The translations under genes and the position numbers were made by a program. A stretch of 64,000 nt of DNA from Candidatus Jordarchaeales archaeon (lineage in GTDB: Archaea; Asgardarchaeota; Jordiarchaeia; Jordiarchaeales; Freyrarchaeaceae): assembly GCA_038889235.1 (NCBI GenBank), contig JAWAHN010000001.1, positions 631,459 through 695,458 of the forward strand. Reading direction: 5' to 3'. Each line of letters begins with the position of its first letter. Position 1 is the first letter of the stretch. The notes under the pieces are model-generated. The model was not told where the DNA came from and did no database searches. It worked only from the letters and a program-made list of their open reading frames with translations. This document shows positions 29,100 through 38,722 of the stretch, piece by piece.

Positions 29100-29232
29100 G
29101 GTCCCGTCGCCTAGCCAGGAGAGGAAACTGAAAGGGCGCCGACCGGGTGGGCGTAAGCCTTCTAAGCCGGAATTCCCGGGTTCAAGTGTTTCCGCCTTTG
29201 GGGCGGAATTGAAAGTCCCGGCGGGACCGCCA
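29100..29232 (+). tRNA. Intron-containing tRNA (possibly tRNA-Arg UCU), CCA encoded
   Basis: Acceptor GGTCCCG/CGGGACC with discriminator G and CCA; T-arm CCGGG-TTCAAGT...CCCGG with insert; one fold gives anticodon stem CCGG[11-nt insert]C / GCCGG and loop CTTCTAA; D-arm ambiguous. Confidence 0.45.
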
Positions 29233-29256
29233 TCAATTTTCCCTTCCTGTCGTCGT

Positions 29257-30225
29257 CTATTGATGCCTGAAGTGTTCGTAACCTCTCCAATTGACCTTGA
29301 TCCACCCCTTTTCAGGGTGCTTGAATATTATCTCGTTTTCAGACGTCACGCGTCCTATTCGATGTAATGAGCCACCGGCCTTTTCTATAGCCTTCACAGC
29401 CTCGCCCCATTTTGCTTCTGGTATTGTGACAACTAACTCGTATTCTTCACCTCCGTAAAATGCAAGCTCGTAGGGATCCAGTCCATTTCTTTGAGCGAAA
29501 AATAGAACTTCAGGTGGAATGGGAACAGTTTCTATGGAGAAACCAACATTGCTTGCTCTCGCTAATTCATGGAGGGATACGGCCAGCCCGTCGCTACTAT
29601 CTATGCATGAGGAGGCATAACCTCCCTTGGCAAGGACCACTCCTTCTTTCACCCTAGGTTCAGGCTGGTATACTGCTTTTAAACAGCGTTTTCCTTCATC
29701 CCCCGCCTCTAATCCTTCAAGAAGTATTTTTAGCCCAGCTGCTGTTAGTCCGAATGGACCTGTCACTGCAACGACTTCGCCTGGCTTAGCTCCCGTTCTC
29801 GGTATAAATCTTTCAGTCACGCCTAACACCGCGCCGGAGATGACAACCTCGTCAGACTCGTTAACGTCTCCTCCGAGGTAGTGCGCTCCGTAGAAATTAG
29901 AGGCTTCCTTTATTCCACTAGCGATTTCAAGAGCATCATCCACTTTAAACCATCTTGGAAGACCAAAAGCATAAAGTCCACCTATGGGTTCAGCTCCCTT
30001 GGCAGCTAAATCGCTTAAATTCATCGCTACGACTTTCCATCCCACCTGTTTCCAGGTCATTCCTGGGGGGACGTCTGTTCTTGCAACGAGCATGTCCGAG
30101 CTGAAAACCAGTGTTACATTGCCAAGTTGGATTACCGCAGCGTCTTCACCATAAGAGCGTTCATCGTCTATGAAGGCCAGAAGTTGTTCAACCAGTTTTC
30201 TCTCACCTAACCTACTCAACTCCAT
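29257..30225 (-). CDS. thiL: Thiamine-monophosphate kinase ThiL (PurM-like)
   Basis: Internal ATG start gives MELSRLGERKLVEQLLAFIDD...GEDAAV, the typical ThiL N-terminus; the track's N-terminal extension would run through the adjacent tRNA. Confidence 0.75.
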   Translation of the reverse strand: MELSRLGERKLVEQLLAFIDDERSYGEDAAVIQLGNVTLVFSSDMLVARTDVPPGMTWKQVGWKVVAMNLSDLAAKGAEPIGGLYAFGLPRWFKVDDALEIASGIKEASNFYGAHYLGGDVNESDEVVISGAVLGVTERFIPRTGAKPGEVVAVTGPFGLTAAGLKILLEGLEAGDEGKRCLKAVYQPEPRVKEGVVLAKGGYASSCIDSSDGLAVSLHELARASNVGFSIETVPIPPEVLFFAQRNGLDPYELAFYGGEEYELVVTIPEAKWGEAVKAIEKAGGSLHRIGRVTSENEIIFKHPEKGWIKVNWRGYEHFRHQ

Positions 30226-30754
30226 AAAATAAACACCCCACCTAAGGAGGGCGAGAAGAAAAAATAAATTTCGCGAAAAAGATGGCGAAGAGCACACTTA
30301 GTAGCTTAGCTGTTCAACTTTCTGCGGAATTTAACAACACACAGTGCAAGGCACACATCTTTGTGGCTGTTCGGTCGACATACTTTTCCAGCAGTCTACT
30401 GAAAGCCTAGAACTACCACCACTCACATTCAGCTACGCGCCTAAGTCACTTTGCTAGCGTAACAACCGCCAGTTCCGATTCGTCATCTCCTCTAAAGACT
30501 CACAATACTCTATCGCAGCTTTTTTCACTTCACCAGAAAACTTGTACAAATCTTCCAGTAAATTACTGGCCACGCACTTAACGGCCCCCTTTAACTTTTT
30601 CTATTTCAAGCGTATCTTGAAACACTCTTTTAAAGAAACGAACAAGAGAACATTCGGTTTCCTGATGATTTTTCAATAGAGAAGTCAGAATTTCCGTTTT
30701 GCCAAGAGAGCCATGTAAAAGACGACAGCTCCTCGACAAAACTTTCTCGTTAGG

Positions 30755-30870
30755 TGGAGCCCCGGGCGGGTTTTTCTACAGCGACTCGAACCCGCGGCCT
30801 GCGGCTTACGAGGCCGCCGCTCTACCGGTTGCCCGCCAATTTCAAAAAGACGCTCTGAGCTACCGGGGCT
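30755..30870 (-). tRNA. tRNA-Thr (anticodon CGU), intron-containing, CCA encoded
   Basis: Minus strand: acceptor GCCCCGG/CCGGGGC, discriminator U, CCA; D-stem GCTC/GAGC with insert in D-loop; anticodon arm GCGGC-CTCGTAA-GCCGC; T-stem GCGGG/CCCGC with about 13-nt insert after the TTCGAGT loop. Confidence 0.65.
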
Positions 30871-31109
30871 CTAATCCATTTTTCATGGATTGAAGCATAT
30901 TAATCTTTCCCATTTTTAACCTACCGTGCTTCATGAAGAGACCGATCTTGGTTCGTTGTTCTTTTTCGCTTTTGGAAGTGATTCCATTTTAGAACTGATA
31001 ATTGGTGTTTAAATTTCCTTGAGGAAAAGAGCTAAAAAGAGTTAAATATCTGTGTCTTTTCCCTTTTTTAGGAACCTTTGTTTTTTATGTCTTTTAAGGG
31101 TGAAGTGAA

Positions 31110-32471
31110 ATGGTTTTGGATGCTTTGGGTGAGGGGCTGAGGAACGCCATTAGTAAGCTTCTTCGTTCGACTGTTGCGGATAGGGAGGCTGTTAGAGAGC
31201 TTGTAAGGGAAATGCAGCGTGTTTTACTTTCCTCCGACGTCAATGTTGAGCTTGTGCTCCGCCTCTCAGAAAATATTGAGAGGAGGGCGCTCGAGGAGGA
31301 GCTACCCTTAGGTATTAGTAGAAGAGAACATATTGTTAAGATCGTTTACGATGAGTTGGTGAAGATTTTAGGTGGTAGACCGCGTGGTTTGAATATTAAG
31401 CCTGGACGATTAAATGTTATAATGCTGGTTGGGATACAGGGTTCCGGGAAAACAACCACGGCAGCTAAGCTAGCGAAGTATTTAGTTAAACGGGGATTCA
31501 AGGTTGGGCTCGTTTGTGCAGACACATTCCGCTTAGGGGCCTATGAGCAACTCAGCCAGCTGGCTGAGTCTATTGGTGTACCTTTCTTTGGGGACGTTAA
31601 TAGCAAGAGCAGCGTTGATGTCGCCAGAAGGGGGATTGAGTTCTTCCGGGAAAAGGGGGTTGACGTAGTAATAGTTGATACCGCTGGAAGGCATAAGAAC
31701 GAAGCAGACCTTATGGAGGAAATGAAGGAAATCGCTAATGCCATTAAGCCTACTGAAATAATACTTGTTGTTGATGGAACTTTAGGTCAGCAAGCGATGG
31801 TTCAAGCTAAGGCGTTTAAAGAAGCCACAGATATAGGCTCAATAATTGTAACGAAACTTGATGGCACTGCTAGGGGTGGAGGGGCGCTTTCAGCGGTAGC
31901 TGCAACGGGTGCGCCTATAAAATTTATAGGGATAGGAGAAAAACTGGACGACATAGAAGCCTTTGACCCTGTTGGCTTTGTAGGGCGGCTTCTGGGAATA
32001 AGCGATTTGCGTGCGCTCCTTGAAAAAGTAAGAGAAGCGGAAATTAAGCCCGAAAAAGAGGAAGTAGTGGCTTTACTCACAGGTCGCTTCACATTGAAGG
32101 ACTTCTTCAGGTGGATGGAGCAGGCTAGGAAAATGGGACCTGTGGGGAGGATCTTTGAGCTAATGGGCTTATCTGGCATACCAAAAGAGCTTAGAGAGGT
32201 CGCTGAGACAAAACTTGAAAGGTGGAAAGTTATAATGCAGTCTATGACAAAAGAAGAACTGGAGAACCCTAAGATACTTAACAGGTCGAGGGTGAACAGA
32301 ATTGCAAGAGGGTCTGGGACTACGCCTAAAGAGGTCAAGGAACTAATAGACCAATATTTTGCGGCGAAAAAAATGGTTAAGGTACTAGGCAAGAGGAGAA
32401 TGCGTGGAAAGGGATTGCCACTTCACGGCTTTTCCTTAGACCAAATGGGGAAGCTAGTGGGAAAAACATGA
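31110..32471 (+). CDS. srp54: Signal recognition particle protein SRP54
   Basis: 453 aa; N domain, G domain with GIQGSGKTT P-loop and DTAGR, C-terminal M domain. Confidence 0.9.
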   Translation: MVLDALGEGLRNAISKLLRSTVADREAVRELVREMQRVLLSSDVNVELVLRLSENIERRALEEELPLGISRREHIVKIVYDELVKILGGRPRGLNIKPGRLNVIMLVGIQGSGKTTTAAKLAKYLVKRGFKVGLVCADTFRLGAYEQLSQLAESIGVPFFGDVNSKSSVDVARRGIEFFREKGVDVVIVDTAGRHKNEADLMEEMKEIANAIKPTEIILVVDGTLGQQAMVQAKAFKEATDIGSIIVTKLDGTARGGGALSAVAATGAPIKFIGIGEKLDDIEAFDPVGFVGRLLGISDLRALLEKVREAEIKPEKEEVVALLTGRFTLKDFFRWMEQARKMGPVGRIFELMGLSGIPKELREVAETKLERWKVIMQSMTKEELENPKILNRSRVNRIARGSGTTPKEVKELIDQYFAAKKMVKVLGKRRMRGKGLPLHGFSLDQMGKLVGKT

Positions 32472-33034
32472 GACATTTCTATATAGTATTGAATGCTATC
32501 CCTGTGATTTCAAAAAGGGAAGTCGATCACGGGCAGTTGAGCGACGAAGTGGCTGAACTTTGTTCCTGTATTAGAGCGGCGCTTTTCCTCTCTCACGACA
32601 TAAGACGTGATGTTAGAGTCCACCTCATACTACTCGGAGAGAGAAAAGACGTGGTAATTTCCGGTGAAAGTGTCAGGTACCTCTCTCCTGACGAGAGGTC
32701 GCTTTGCATGCTTTTAATTAAGTTCAGTGAGAGGAAAACTAGGAAACCTTGGAGAGGCGTTTGCGTAAAAGAATTCGCTTCCCTCCGAGAGATATTCCCC
32801 TCAGACGGTGTGCTAATAGTTCCTAATGATGAAAGAGACGAACTTCAGCAAGTAGAAAATTTGAAAGAGGTCATGTTAATTGTTCCATTGAATCCATTAG
32901 GAAAGTTAGAAAGAGAGTTGGATAATGTAAAAAAGCTGCATGTTAAAGTTTGCGGTAAACTTGACCCAAGTAGTCTTATAACTGTTATAAACAACCGAAT
33001 CGATATAACGGAGGAGCAACAATGTTCCCTCTAA
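32468..33034 (+). CDS. trmY: tRNA (pseudouridine54-N1)-methyltransferase TrmY (DUF358, SPOUT family)
   Basis: 188 aa; LSHDIRRDV motif characteristic of archaeal TrmY; coupled to the downstream Pus10 gene. Confidence 0.7.
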   Translation: MRHFYIVLNAIPVISKREVDHGQLSDEVAELCSCIRAALFLSHDIRRDVRVHLILLGERKDVVISGESVRYLSPDERSLCMLLIKFSERKTRKPWRGVCVKEFASLREIFPSDGVLIVPNDERDELQQVENLKEVMLIVPLNPLGKLERELDNVKKLHVKVCGKLDPSSLITVINNRIDITEEQQCSL

Positions 33035-34392
33035 ATAAAGCCCTTGAAATGCTCGAAAGAACCCCGCTTTGCAACAGCTGCTTAGGTAGACAGTTCGCCC
33101 TTTTAGGAATGGGGTCAAACAACCCGAACAGAGGGTATGCACTTAAAATGGTTCTAACCATGGCCGCAGCACATATGCTCAGAGATAAACCAGAAGAGGG
33201 GACGAGAATACTCAGGATACTTGCAACGAACGGCATGTTTCAGCCAGCTGTTGAGACCCTAGAGAAAGAGGGTATGAAAGTTGAGAAAGATGAGAAAAAA
33301 TGCTACATCTGCGGTGGACTTATGATGAAGAAAAAAGAGATAGCAGAGAAAGTCGTAGAAGTGCTGAAAAACTACGATTACAGAAACTTCCTCATCGGAT
33401 GCCACGTCCCCTCGTCACTGACAGAAAAAGATGATGAGCTTAAGGCGACACACCAAATAGACACCGGCGAAACGATAAAGGCGGAATTTAATAGAGAAGT
33501 TGGAAAGATAGTTTCAGCAATGACGGGAAAACCTGTTGATTTCAAGAACCCCGATGTGGTCGCCATAGTAAACCTCGAAAGTCTAGACGTCACAGTAAAT
33601 TCTAACCCACTGTACATAGGAGGACGTTACCTAAAACACGTCAGAGGCATACCGCAAACCAAGTGGCCCTGCAGAGTCTGCAAGGGTAAAGGATGCCCGA
33701 GATGCGGGGGAACCGGGAAGATGTACAGCGAGTCTGTTGAAGAGTTAATCCTCCCACCTATACTTGAGGAAACAAGAGGGGACGAGGGGAAATTCCATGG
33801 AGCAGGAAGGGAAGATATAGATGCAAGAATGCTTGGAACAGGTAGACCGTTCATAGTTGAAATTAAGAACCCGAAGAGGCGCAACATAGACTTAAAGCTC
33901 CTAGAAGAGAAGATAAACGCTTATGCCCAAGGGAAAGTGGAAGTGCATTCCCTGCAATTTGCAGTAAAGGAAAACGTGCGACAACTTAAAGCATTATCAC
34001 AATTTGCCCCTAAGACTTACAGGGCGCTTGTTAAACTAGACAGAGAAGTAACACCACAGGAGCTAGAAGAATTAGAGAAGCGACTTGCAGGACAAACAAT
34101 AAGGCAAAAGACACCTAGGAGGGTCGCTCATAGAAGAGCAATAAAGACCAGGCTCAAAAAAGTTTACCAAGTTCAGGCTAAACAAATAGACCCACAAACC
34201 ATAGAGTTAACAGTAACATGCCAGGGAGGATTGTACGTAAAAGAACTTGTGACCGGCGACAAAAGAAGAACCAGGCCAAGCGTGGCAGAAATCCTCCAAA
34301 CGAAAGCAGAGTGCGTGGAATTAGACGTTATAGACGTTGGTACCGCGATTCCACAAGAAACAGTACAGCAAAACGAGAAAAAAGCCACGTAG
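33022..34392 (+). CDS. pus10: tRNA pseudouridine(54/55) synthase Pus10
   Basis: 456 aa; N-terminal zinc ribbon CNSCLGRQF, THUMP-like region, second zinc motif CRVCKGKGCPRCGG, catalytic domain. Confidence 0.8.
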   Translation: MFPLNKALEMLERTPLCNSCLGRQFALLGMGSNNPNRGYALKMVLTMAAAHMLRDKPEEGTRILRILATNGMFQPAVETLEKEGMKVEKDEKKCYICGGLMMKKKEIAEKVVEVLKNYDYRNFLIGCHVPSSLTEKDDELKATHQIDTGETIKAEFNREVGKIVSAMTGKPVDFKNPDVVAIVNLESLDVTVNSNPLYIGGRYLKHVRGIPQTKWPCRVCKGKGCPRCGGTGKMYSESVEELILPPILEETRGDEGKFHGAGREDIDARMLGTGRPFIVEIKNPKRRNIDLKLLEEKINAYAQGKVEVHSLQFAVKENVRQLKALSQFAPKTYRALVKLDREVTPQELEELEKRLAGQTIRQKTPRRVAHRRAIKTRLKKVYQVQAKQIDPQTIELTVTCQGGLYVKELVTGDKRRTRPSVAEILQTKAECVELDVIDVGTAIPQETVQQNEKKAT

Positions 34393-34443
34393 AAAGAGGG
34401 CAAAAAATTTATCTAAGACTCATCTACTTTCTTTCATGATGGT

Positions 34444-34554
34444 GGGCCCGTAGCTCAGCTAGGTAGAGCGGCAGAAAATGAACGCCGAAGCTCATAACCT
34501 GTTGGTCCAGGGTTCGAATGTGATAAAACGCCGAAAATCCCTGCGGGCCCACCA
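34444..34554 (+). tRNA. tRNA with CAU anticodon (elongator Met or Ile2), intron-containing, CCA encoded
   Basis: Acceptor GGGCCCG/CGGGCCC, D-arm GCTC-AGCTAGGTA-GAGC, loop CTCATAA, anticodon stem split by about 15-nt insert at 30/31, T-arm CAGGG-TTCGAAT with 19-nt insert before CCCTG. Confidence 0.6.
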
Positions 34555-34624
34555 CCATTCAAAATGTTAAAGCAAGCAATCCTAAAAGCTTTTAAATCCG
34601 TTTTCTATTCTATTTCGTGCTAGT

Positions 34625-34755
34625 GCCTCGGTGGTGTAGCCCGGCCAAATTTAATGATGCTGAAAGCATAAGGGGCTTAGGAGTAAATCCGCCCAATCGA
34701 CCCCTTGACCCGGGTGGTTAAGAGCCAGGGAATTCAAATCCCGGCCGAGGCACCA
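34625..34755 (+). tRNA. tRNA-Glu (anticodon UUC most likely), three introns of about 18 nt, CCA encoded
   Basis: Acceptor GCCTCGG/CCGAGGC, disc A, CCA; Glu-type D region (GTGTAGCCCGGCCAA); inserts in D-loop, anticodon loop and between T-stem and T-loop; anticodon depends on exact splice sites (UUC if intron is at 34/35; UAG or UAC also formally possible). Confidence 0.55.
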
Positions 34756-34882
34756 ATCACTTCTAATTTTTGACAAAGCTAAAGTTATTACAAGAAACTA
34801 AACGAGATTCCCTCTTTGTTAGGAGCCGCGAGAAAAAGTCCAAAATGTTCTGGAAATGGGCTTTAGGGAAAATATGATGTAA

Positions 34883-35020
34883 TGGCGCCGGGGGCAGGAT
34901 TTCCGTGGGAGGACCCCATCTCGAACTTCCGCCCTTTTTAGGGGCTGCGACCACCGGGTTAACAGCCCGGCGCTTTAGGCTACTTTAAGCGGTGATCTAC
35001 CTGGTCTGAGCTACCCCGGC
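34883..35020 (-). tRNA. tRNA-Asn (anticodon GUU), intron-containing, CCA encoded
   Basis: Minus strand: acceptor GCCGGGG/CCCCGGC, disc G, CCA; anticodon arm CCGGG-CTGTTAA-CCCGG; D-loop insert; T-arm region carries about 38 nt of insert and could not be folded cleanly. Confidence 0.5.
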
Positions 35021-35246
35021 TCATGTTTAGTATTATGCTTCGTGTTCTTAAATGTTTCTAGTGCCGCTTTTCTATACCTTGTTTATGAAGGTTGCACGCT
35101 TCTTTGCGGCTTTTAGAAAACGGCGGAAATGTTATAGTGGAGGTTTTGGATGTTGTGGTGCTTGCTATGCTGTACATTTAAAGGAAAACTATAAAAGTTG
35201 CATTGTTCAAGGTTTTTAGTAGCTTGAAGAAGGAGGTTTTTGTCTT

Positions 35247-35453
35247 TTGTCTAAGAAGAGGAGGAGTGATGAGGCGCCTCTTCCTGCAACAAGCGCAGGC
35301 CTTATAAGGTTTTTCGAGGAAGAGAGCGCAGGTATAAAAATTAGCCCGTTCACGGTGGTTATTATAGCGGTCTTCATAATTATTGTTGTTGGCTTTGCAG
35401 TTTACCTGAGTAGTGGAGGAGAAGTATTGAAACAATTAGTTACATTTCGCTAG
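35247..35453 (+). CDS. secG: Preprotein translocase subunit Sec61beta (SecG)
   Basis: 68 aa; TSAGLIRFFEEE motif followed by a single C-terminal transmembrane helix; TTG start after GAAGGAGG. Confidence 0.8.
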   Translation: MSKKRRSDEAPLPATSAGLIRFFEEESAGIKISPFTVVIIAVFIIIVVGFAVYLSSGGEVLKQLVTFR

Positions 35454-35462
35454 CCTTTTAAC

Positions 35463-36113
35463 TTATAAGTCTTGTTGCAGTTCACTTGCTCCTTTTGGTC
35501 TAAGAAGAATATAGGGTCCCATTCTAAGGCGGCTTGCTTCTTCTTCAGACATTTCTTCTACTTTAATTTTTTCTTGGTCTTGCGGTATTATCATTCCGTT
35601 TCCGAGAGGATCCTCTAGGATTATTGTGAATTTCAGGTGTCCGTCTATTGCTTTCTGGATGCTTTGTATTGCTTGCTGGCACTTTTGAGTCTCTTGGGGT
35701 GTTGTTGACCAGTTTTTCAACGTTTGTGCAATGTCCAGAAAACGGTGTAAGACACCTTCCACGTTTGTTATGAATGGCTGTGCTGCTGGTCCCGGTTCTA
35801 GGATTGCACCGAGTTCTGGGATTCTTATGGTGCTTGTAACGGAACGTATTACTTTGGATGAGAGATCTGATGGTTCCCTAACTTGTAGAATGTACCTCAT
35901 GGGTTTTCCAAATCTCATGCTCACCACGTCACTTACTCTTAGATTGCAGTTACTGCATTTAACGGTTACTAGCAACACTTCGTGGAAAAACGGTACATCT
36001 ACATGCACTTGAGTCGTCTTTGCTTTACTACCGCAGGATGGGCATGTAATTTCCTCTTCTACTGCTTCTTCAGATGCGTGATTCGAGGTATTCGATGAGT
36101 TTTTCGGCTTCAT
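35463..36113 (-). CDS. ZPR1-type zinc finger protein
   Basis: 216 aa; CPSCG...CSNCN C4 zinc finger followed by a ZPR1-like beta domain. Confidence 0.65.
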   Translation of the reverse strand: MKPKNSSNTSNHASEEAVEEEITCPSCGSKAKTTQVHVDVPFFHEVLLVTVKCSNCNLRVSDVVSMRFGKPMRYILQVREPSDLSSKVIRSVTSTIRIPELGAILEPGPAAQPFITNVEGVLHRFLDIAQTLKNWSTTPQETQKCQQAIQSIQKAIDGHLKFTIILEDPLGNGMIIPQDQEKIKVEEMSEEEASRLRMGPYILLRPKGASELQQDL

Positions 36114-37773
36114 CCTCTGGGCTCGCCTCCTTGAATGAGTAAACTATAAGCGTAGTTTTACCAGTCGAAGGGTTAAATATAGCCTTAGCCGTTAGAACTA
36201 ACTCTTTGCCTTCCAGGAAGGAGGCTCTCGTTTTTAGTAAAGGTGAGATGTCTCCCTCTTTTCTCATGAACTCGTATGCTTCTTTCGCGGTTACCCCTAA
36301 AAGCTTTTCAGCTTCTTTACCAAAGAAAATAGCCTTCACTACACTTGTTCCATCATCAATCAACACGTGGGCGGCAAGGAGTAGTTTGGGTTCAACTGTT
36401 TTACAGGTACTGCACAGTCTTTCGGAGACTAATCTCTTGCTACAAATTGGGCATATTTCGTAAACGATTCTCTTTCGCATAAGGCGTATTATCGTCCCTC
36501 TAACTTCCACGAATTCACCGTCTTCCAACTGGGAGAGGAACTTACGCGATGGAAGTTTCTTTGGGGGGGCTTGTTCAAGCGGTTCTTCCAATGGTATAAG
36601 CTCGACTTTTGAAAAGCGTCCTATGTGAACTTCCACCTTCCCCTCTAACCCTATTTTAGTATAGCCACCCTTTATCTTCAGCGTATCACCTATCTCCGCG
36701 TTAGCGACGATTTCAGCTTGCTCCCCCCACGCAACCACTCTCACTTTCCCCGTGTCATCTGCTATTACGAGAGAAGACATTACCCCTACAGATCCATCTA
36801 TTCTAGTAAATTCCTTCGTGCTTGGTAACTCGACAACTTTACCCTCTACGTCTACCGCTAACATTCCTGGTTCCAAGTCGTTTATTTTTGCCAGTTTCCC
36901 TTTCTCGGACTCTTTGCCTGGGATGATGGTTACCCGCGCAAGTCTCCCGGCGTGGATTTCCACGTCTCCCTGAAGACCAAGCTTAGTGTATCCTCCTTCT
37001 ATCCTCAATATGTCTCCTTCCTTGACTGTGTCTACGACATCAGCATTCTCATCCCAGAAAACCGCTCTCACACTTCCAGTTTCGTCAGAAAGTATGATGG
37101 ATTTTCTTTTTCCCTCTCCAAGCTCTCTGCTAAACACGGTTGTTGGATAAACTCTTTGAACAACGGCCTCCACGTCTACATCCCACATTTCAGGTAGAAG
37201 GTCGCCTAGCCTAAACAACCTTTTCTCTGTCAATGGGTATTCTCTTTCATCAACGTCGCCCGGTTCAATGTCTAGAAAGCCGCCTTTCCCTAAGTGGACC
37301 TCTAACTCCCCCCTTAGCCCCTCCCGAATATACCCCTTAACAACGCGCACTATCATGCCTTCCTTTATAGCTCCTTTCTCCACGAGACTAACGTGGTCCC
37401 CCCACAACACTACGCGAATGTCGCCCGTTATGTCACTTATGACTATGCTGGCAACCTTACCTTGTACGCCTCTTTTTTCGAAAACTCTTACTGGGTGAAT
37501 GCGTTTCACTCTTCCCGTGATGGTAACATTTCGCATATCGGGTTTCAAGTCCCTCACATATATCTTAACCGGTTTATATTCGTCTATTTCGGAAAGGTCG
37601 ACCCCGAGGTCTCTTGCGACGAGATGTAGAGCACCTTCATCGCTGATAAGGTCTCCCATCGCTCGCTTTTTCCTTTCAATGAGGTTCTGGAGCTCTGTTC
37701 TAGATACACCAGCCTTCTCGACCACGAACCTTACTTTCTCTTCCAAACTCAAAGAACACACCTGACACCGCAT
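36070..37773 (-). CDS. rpa: Replication protein A (RPA) with multiple OB folds and a C4 zinc ribbon
   Basis: 567 aa; repeated OB-fold blocks (GxVxxI..., KIKGGYTKIGLEGKVEVH repeated with variation) and CPICSKR...CSTCK zinc ribbon. Confidence 0.75.
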   Translation of the reverse strand: MRCQVCSLSLEEKVRFVVEKAGVSRTELQNLIERKKRAMGDLISDEGALHLVARDLGVDLSEIDEYKPVKIYVRDLKPDMRNVTITGRVKRIHPVRVFEKRGVQGKVASIVISDITGDIRVVLWGDHVSLVEKGAIKEGMIVRVVKGYIREGLRGELEVHLGKGGFLDIEPGDVDEREYPLTEKRLFRLGDLLPEMWDVDVEAVVQRVYPTTVFSRELGEGKRKSIILSDETGSVRAVFWDENADVVDTVKEGDILRIEGGYTKLGLQGDVEIHAGRLARVTIIPGKESEKGKLAKINDLEPGMLAVDVEGKVVELPSTKEFTRIDGSVGVMSSLVIADDTGKVRVVAWGEQAEIVANAEIGDTLKIKGGYTKIGLEGKVEVHIGRFSKVELIPLEEPLEQAPPKKLPSRKFLSQLEDGEFVEVRGTIIRLMRKRIVYEICPICSKRLVSERLCSTCKTVEPKLLLAAHVLIDDGTSVVKAIFFGKEAEKLLGVTAKEAYEFMRKEGDISPLLKTRASFLEGKELVLTAKAIFNPSTGKTTLIVYSFKEASPEDEAEKLIEYLESRI

Positions 37774-37858
37774 TCTTCACAGAATAACACTTCAAGATAT
37801 TCTTTTAAGGTTCACGAGAAGGTTTGTTTGAAACAAAGGAAACGTTTATGGTGAAATA

Positions 37859-38722
37859 ATGTTGGATGAAAAAACACTTGAAAATGTGGTCGTCGAAGGC
37901 ATTAGGAGAGCTGTTTGCACGGTTCCTTTTGACGTTAAATGTGCGTTAAATGATGCTTTAAAAAGAGAAAGCAATGATGTAGCCAGAATACAGCTTGAAG
38001 CTATGGTAGAAAACATAAAACTGGCCGAGGAGAGAGGGATGCCTATTTGTCAAGACACCGGCATACTACACTTCTACGTATCTTTACCACAATGTACAGA
38101 TGCAGGACTCATTAAGAGGACGTTGGTGAACGCTACCATTAGAGCGACGCGTGAAATCCCTTTAAGGCCGAACGCGATTAACCCGCTAACTGGTGAAAAC
38201 AGTGGAAACAATGTCGGTTTTAATGTGCCATGGATAGAATTTGAGCCAAGTTTTAATGAGAATATTGAGATAACAGTTTTCGCTAAAGGCGGAGGGGCGG
38301 ACAACGCCAGCATGTTAATGTTTCTTCCCGTAGGAGACGGGCTGGAAGGTGTTAAACGAGGGGTTCTTGAAGCCGTTTTAAGGAGCGGGGGCGGGCCATG
38401 CCCCCCCGTAGTTTTAGGCGTTGGCTTTGGAGGAGGAGCATATATAGCTATGAAGCTGGCTAAAAAGGCGCTTATGCGCCCACTTTTTGAAAGAAACAAT
38501 GATCCAAGGATTGCGCAACTAGAAAGCGAGATACTTAGAGAGGTTAACAGAACAGGGATAGGACCTATGGGTCTTGGAGGGAAGACCACGGCTTTAGGGG
38601 TGAACATTGAAGTTGCGCACAGACACCCGGCGTCGTACCCGATAGTTATCTTGTTTAACTGCTATGTTGTGAGGAGAGCTAGGATCAAGATTTTTCCAGA
38701 TGGAGGGTGGTCAATTGAGTGA
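37859..38722 (+). CDS. fumA: Class I fumarate hydratase / Fe-S hydro-lyase, alpha subunit
   Basis: 287 aa; Fe-S hydro-lyase tartrate/fumarate alpha-type domain with conserved Cys (CQDTG). Confidence 0.75.
   Translation: MLDEKTLENVVVEGIRRAVCTVPFDVKCALNDALKRESNDVARIQLEAMVENIKLAEERGMPICQDTGILHFYVSLPQCTDAGLIKRTLVNATIRATREIPLRPNAINPLTGENSGNNVGFNVPWIEFEPSFNENIEITVFAKGGGADNASMLMFLPVGDGLEGVKRGVLEAVLRSGGGPCPPVVLGVGFGGGAYIAMKLAKKALMRPLFERNNDPRIAQLESEILREVNRTGIGPMGLGGKTTALGVNIEVAHRHPASYPIVILFNCYVVRRARIKIFPDGGWSIE

Noticed and set aside
29095-29367. 90-aa ORF overlapping the tRNA at 29100-29232
   Set aside because: The region folds as a tRNA with acceptor stem and CCA; the ORF is a chance reading frame across the tRNA and the ThiL 3' end.
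30699-30893. 64-aa ORF overlapping tRNA-Thr
   Set aside because: Coincides with a minus-strand tRNA-Thr(CGU) that has clean acceptor and anticodon arms.
31802-32392. 196-aa ORF antisense to SRP54
   Set aside because: Embedded in srp54 on the opposite strand with no motifs of its own.
34763-34954. 63-aa minus-strand ORF between the tRNA genes
   Set aside because: Overlaps the 3' half of the minus-strand tRNA-Asn; no motifs; likely spurious.
38074-38607. 177-aa ORF antisense to fumarase alpha
   Set aside because: Embedded in a motif-supported gene on the other strand; proline/serine-rich low-complexity translation.
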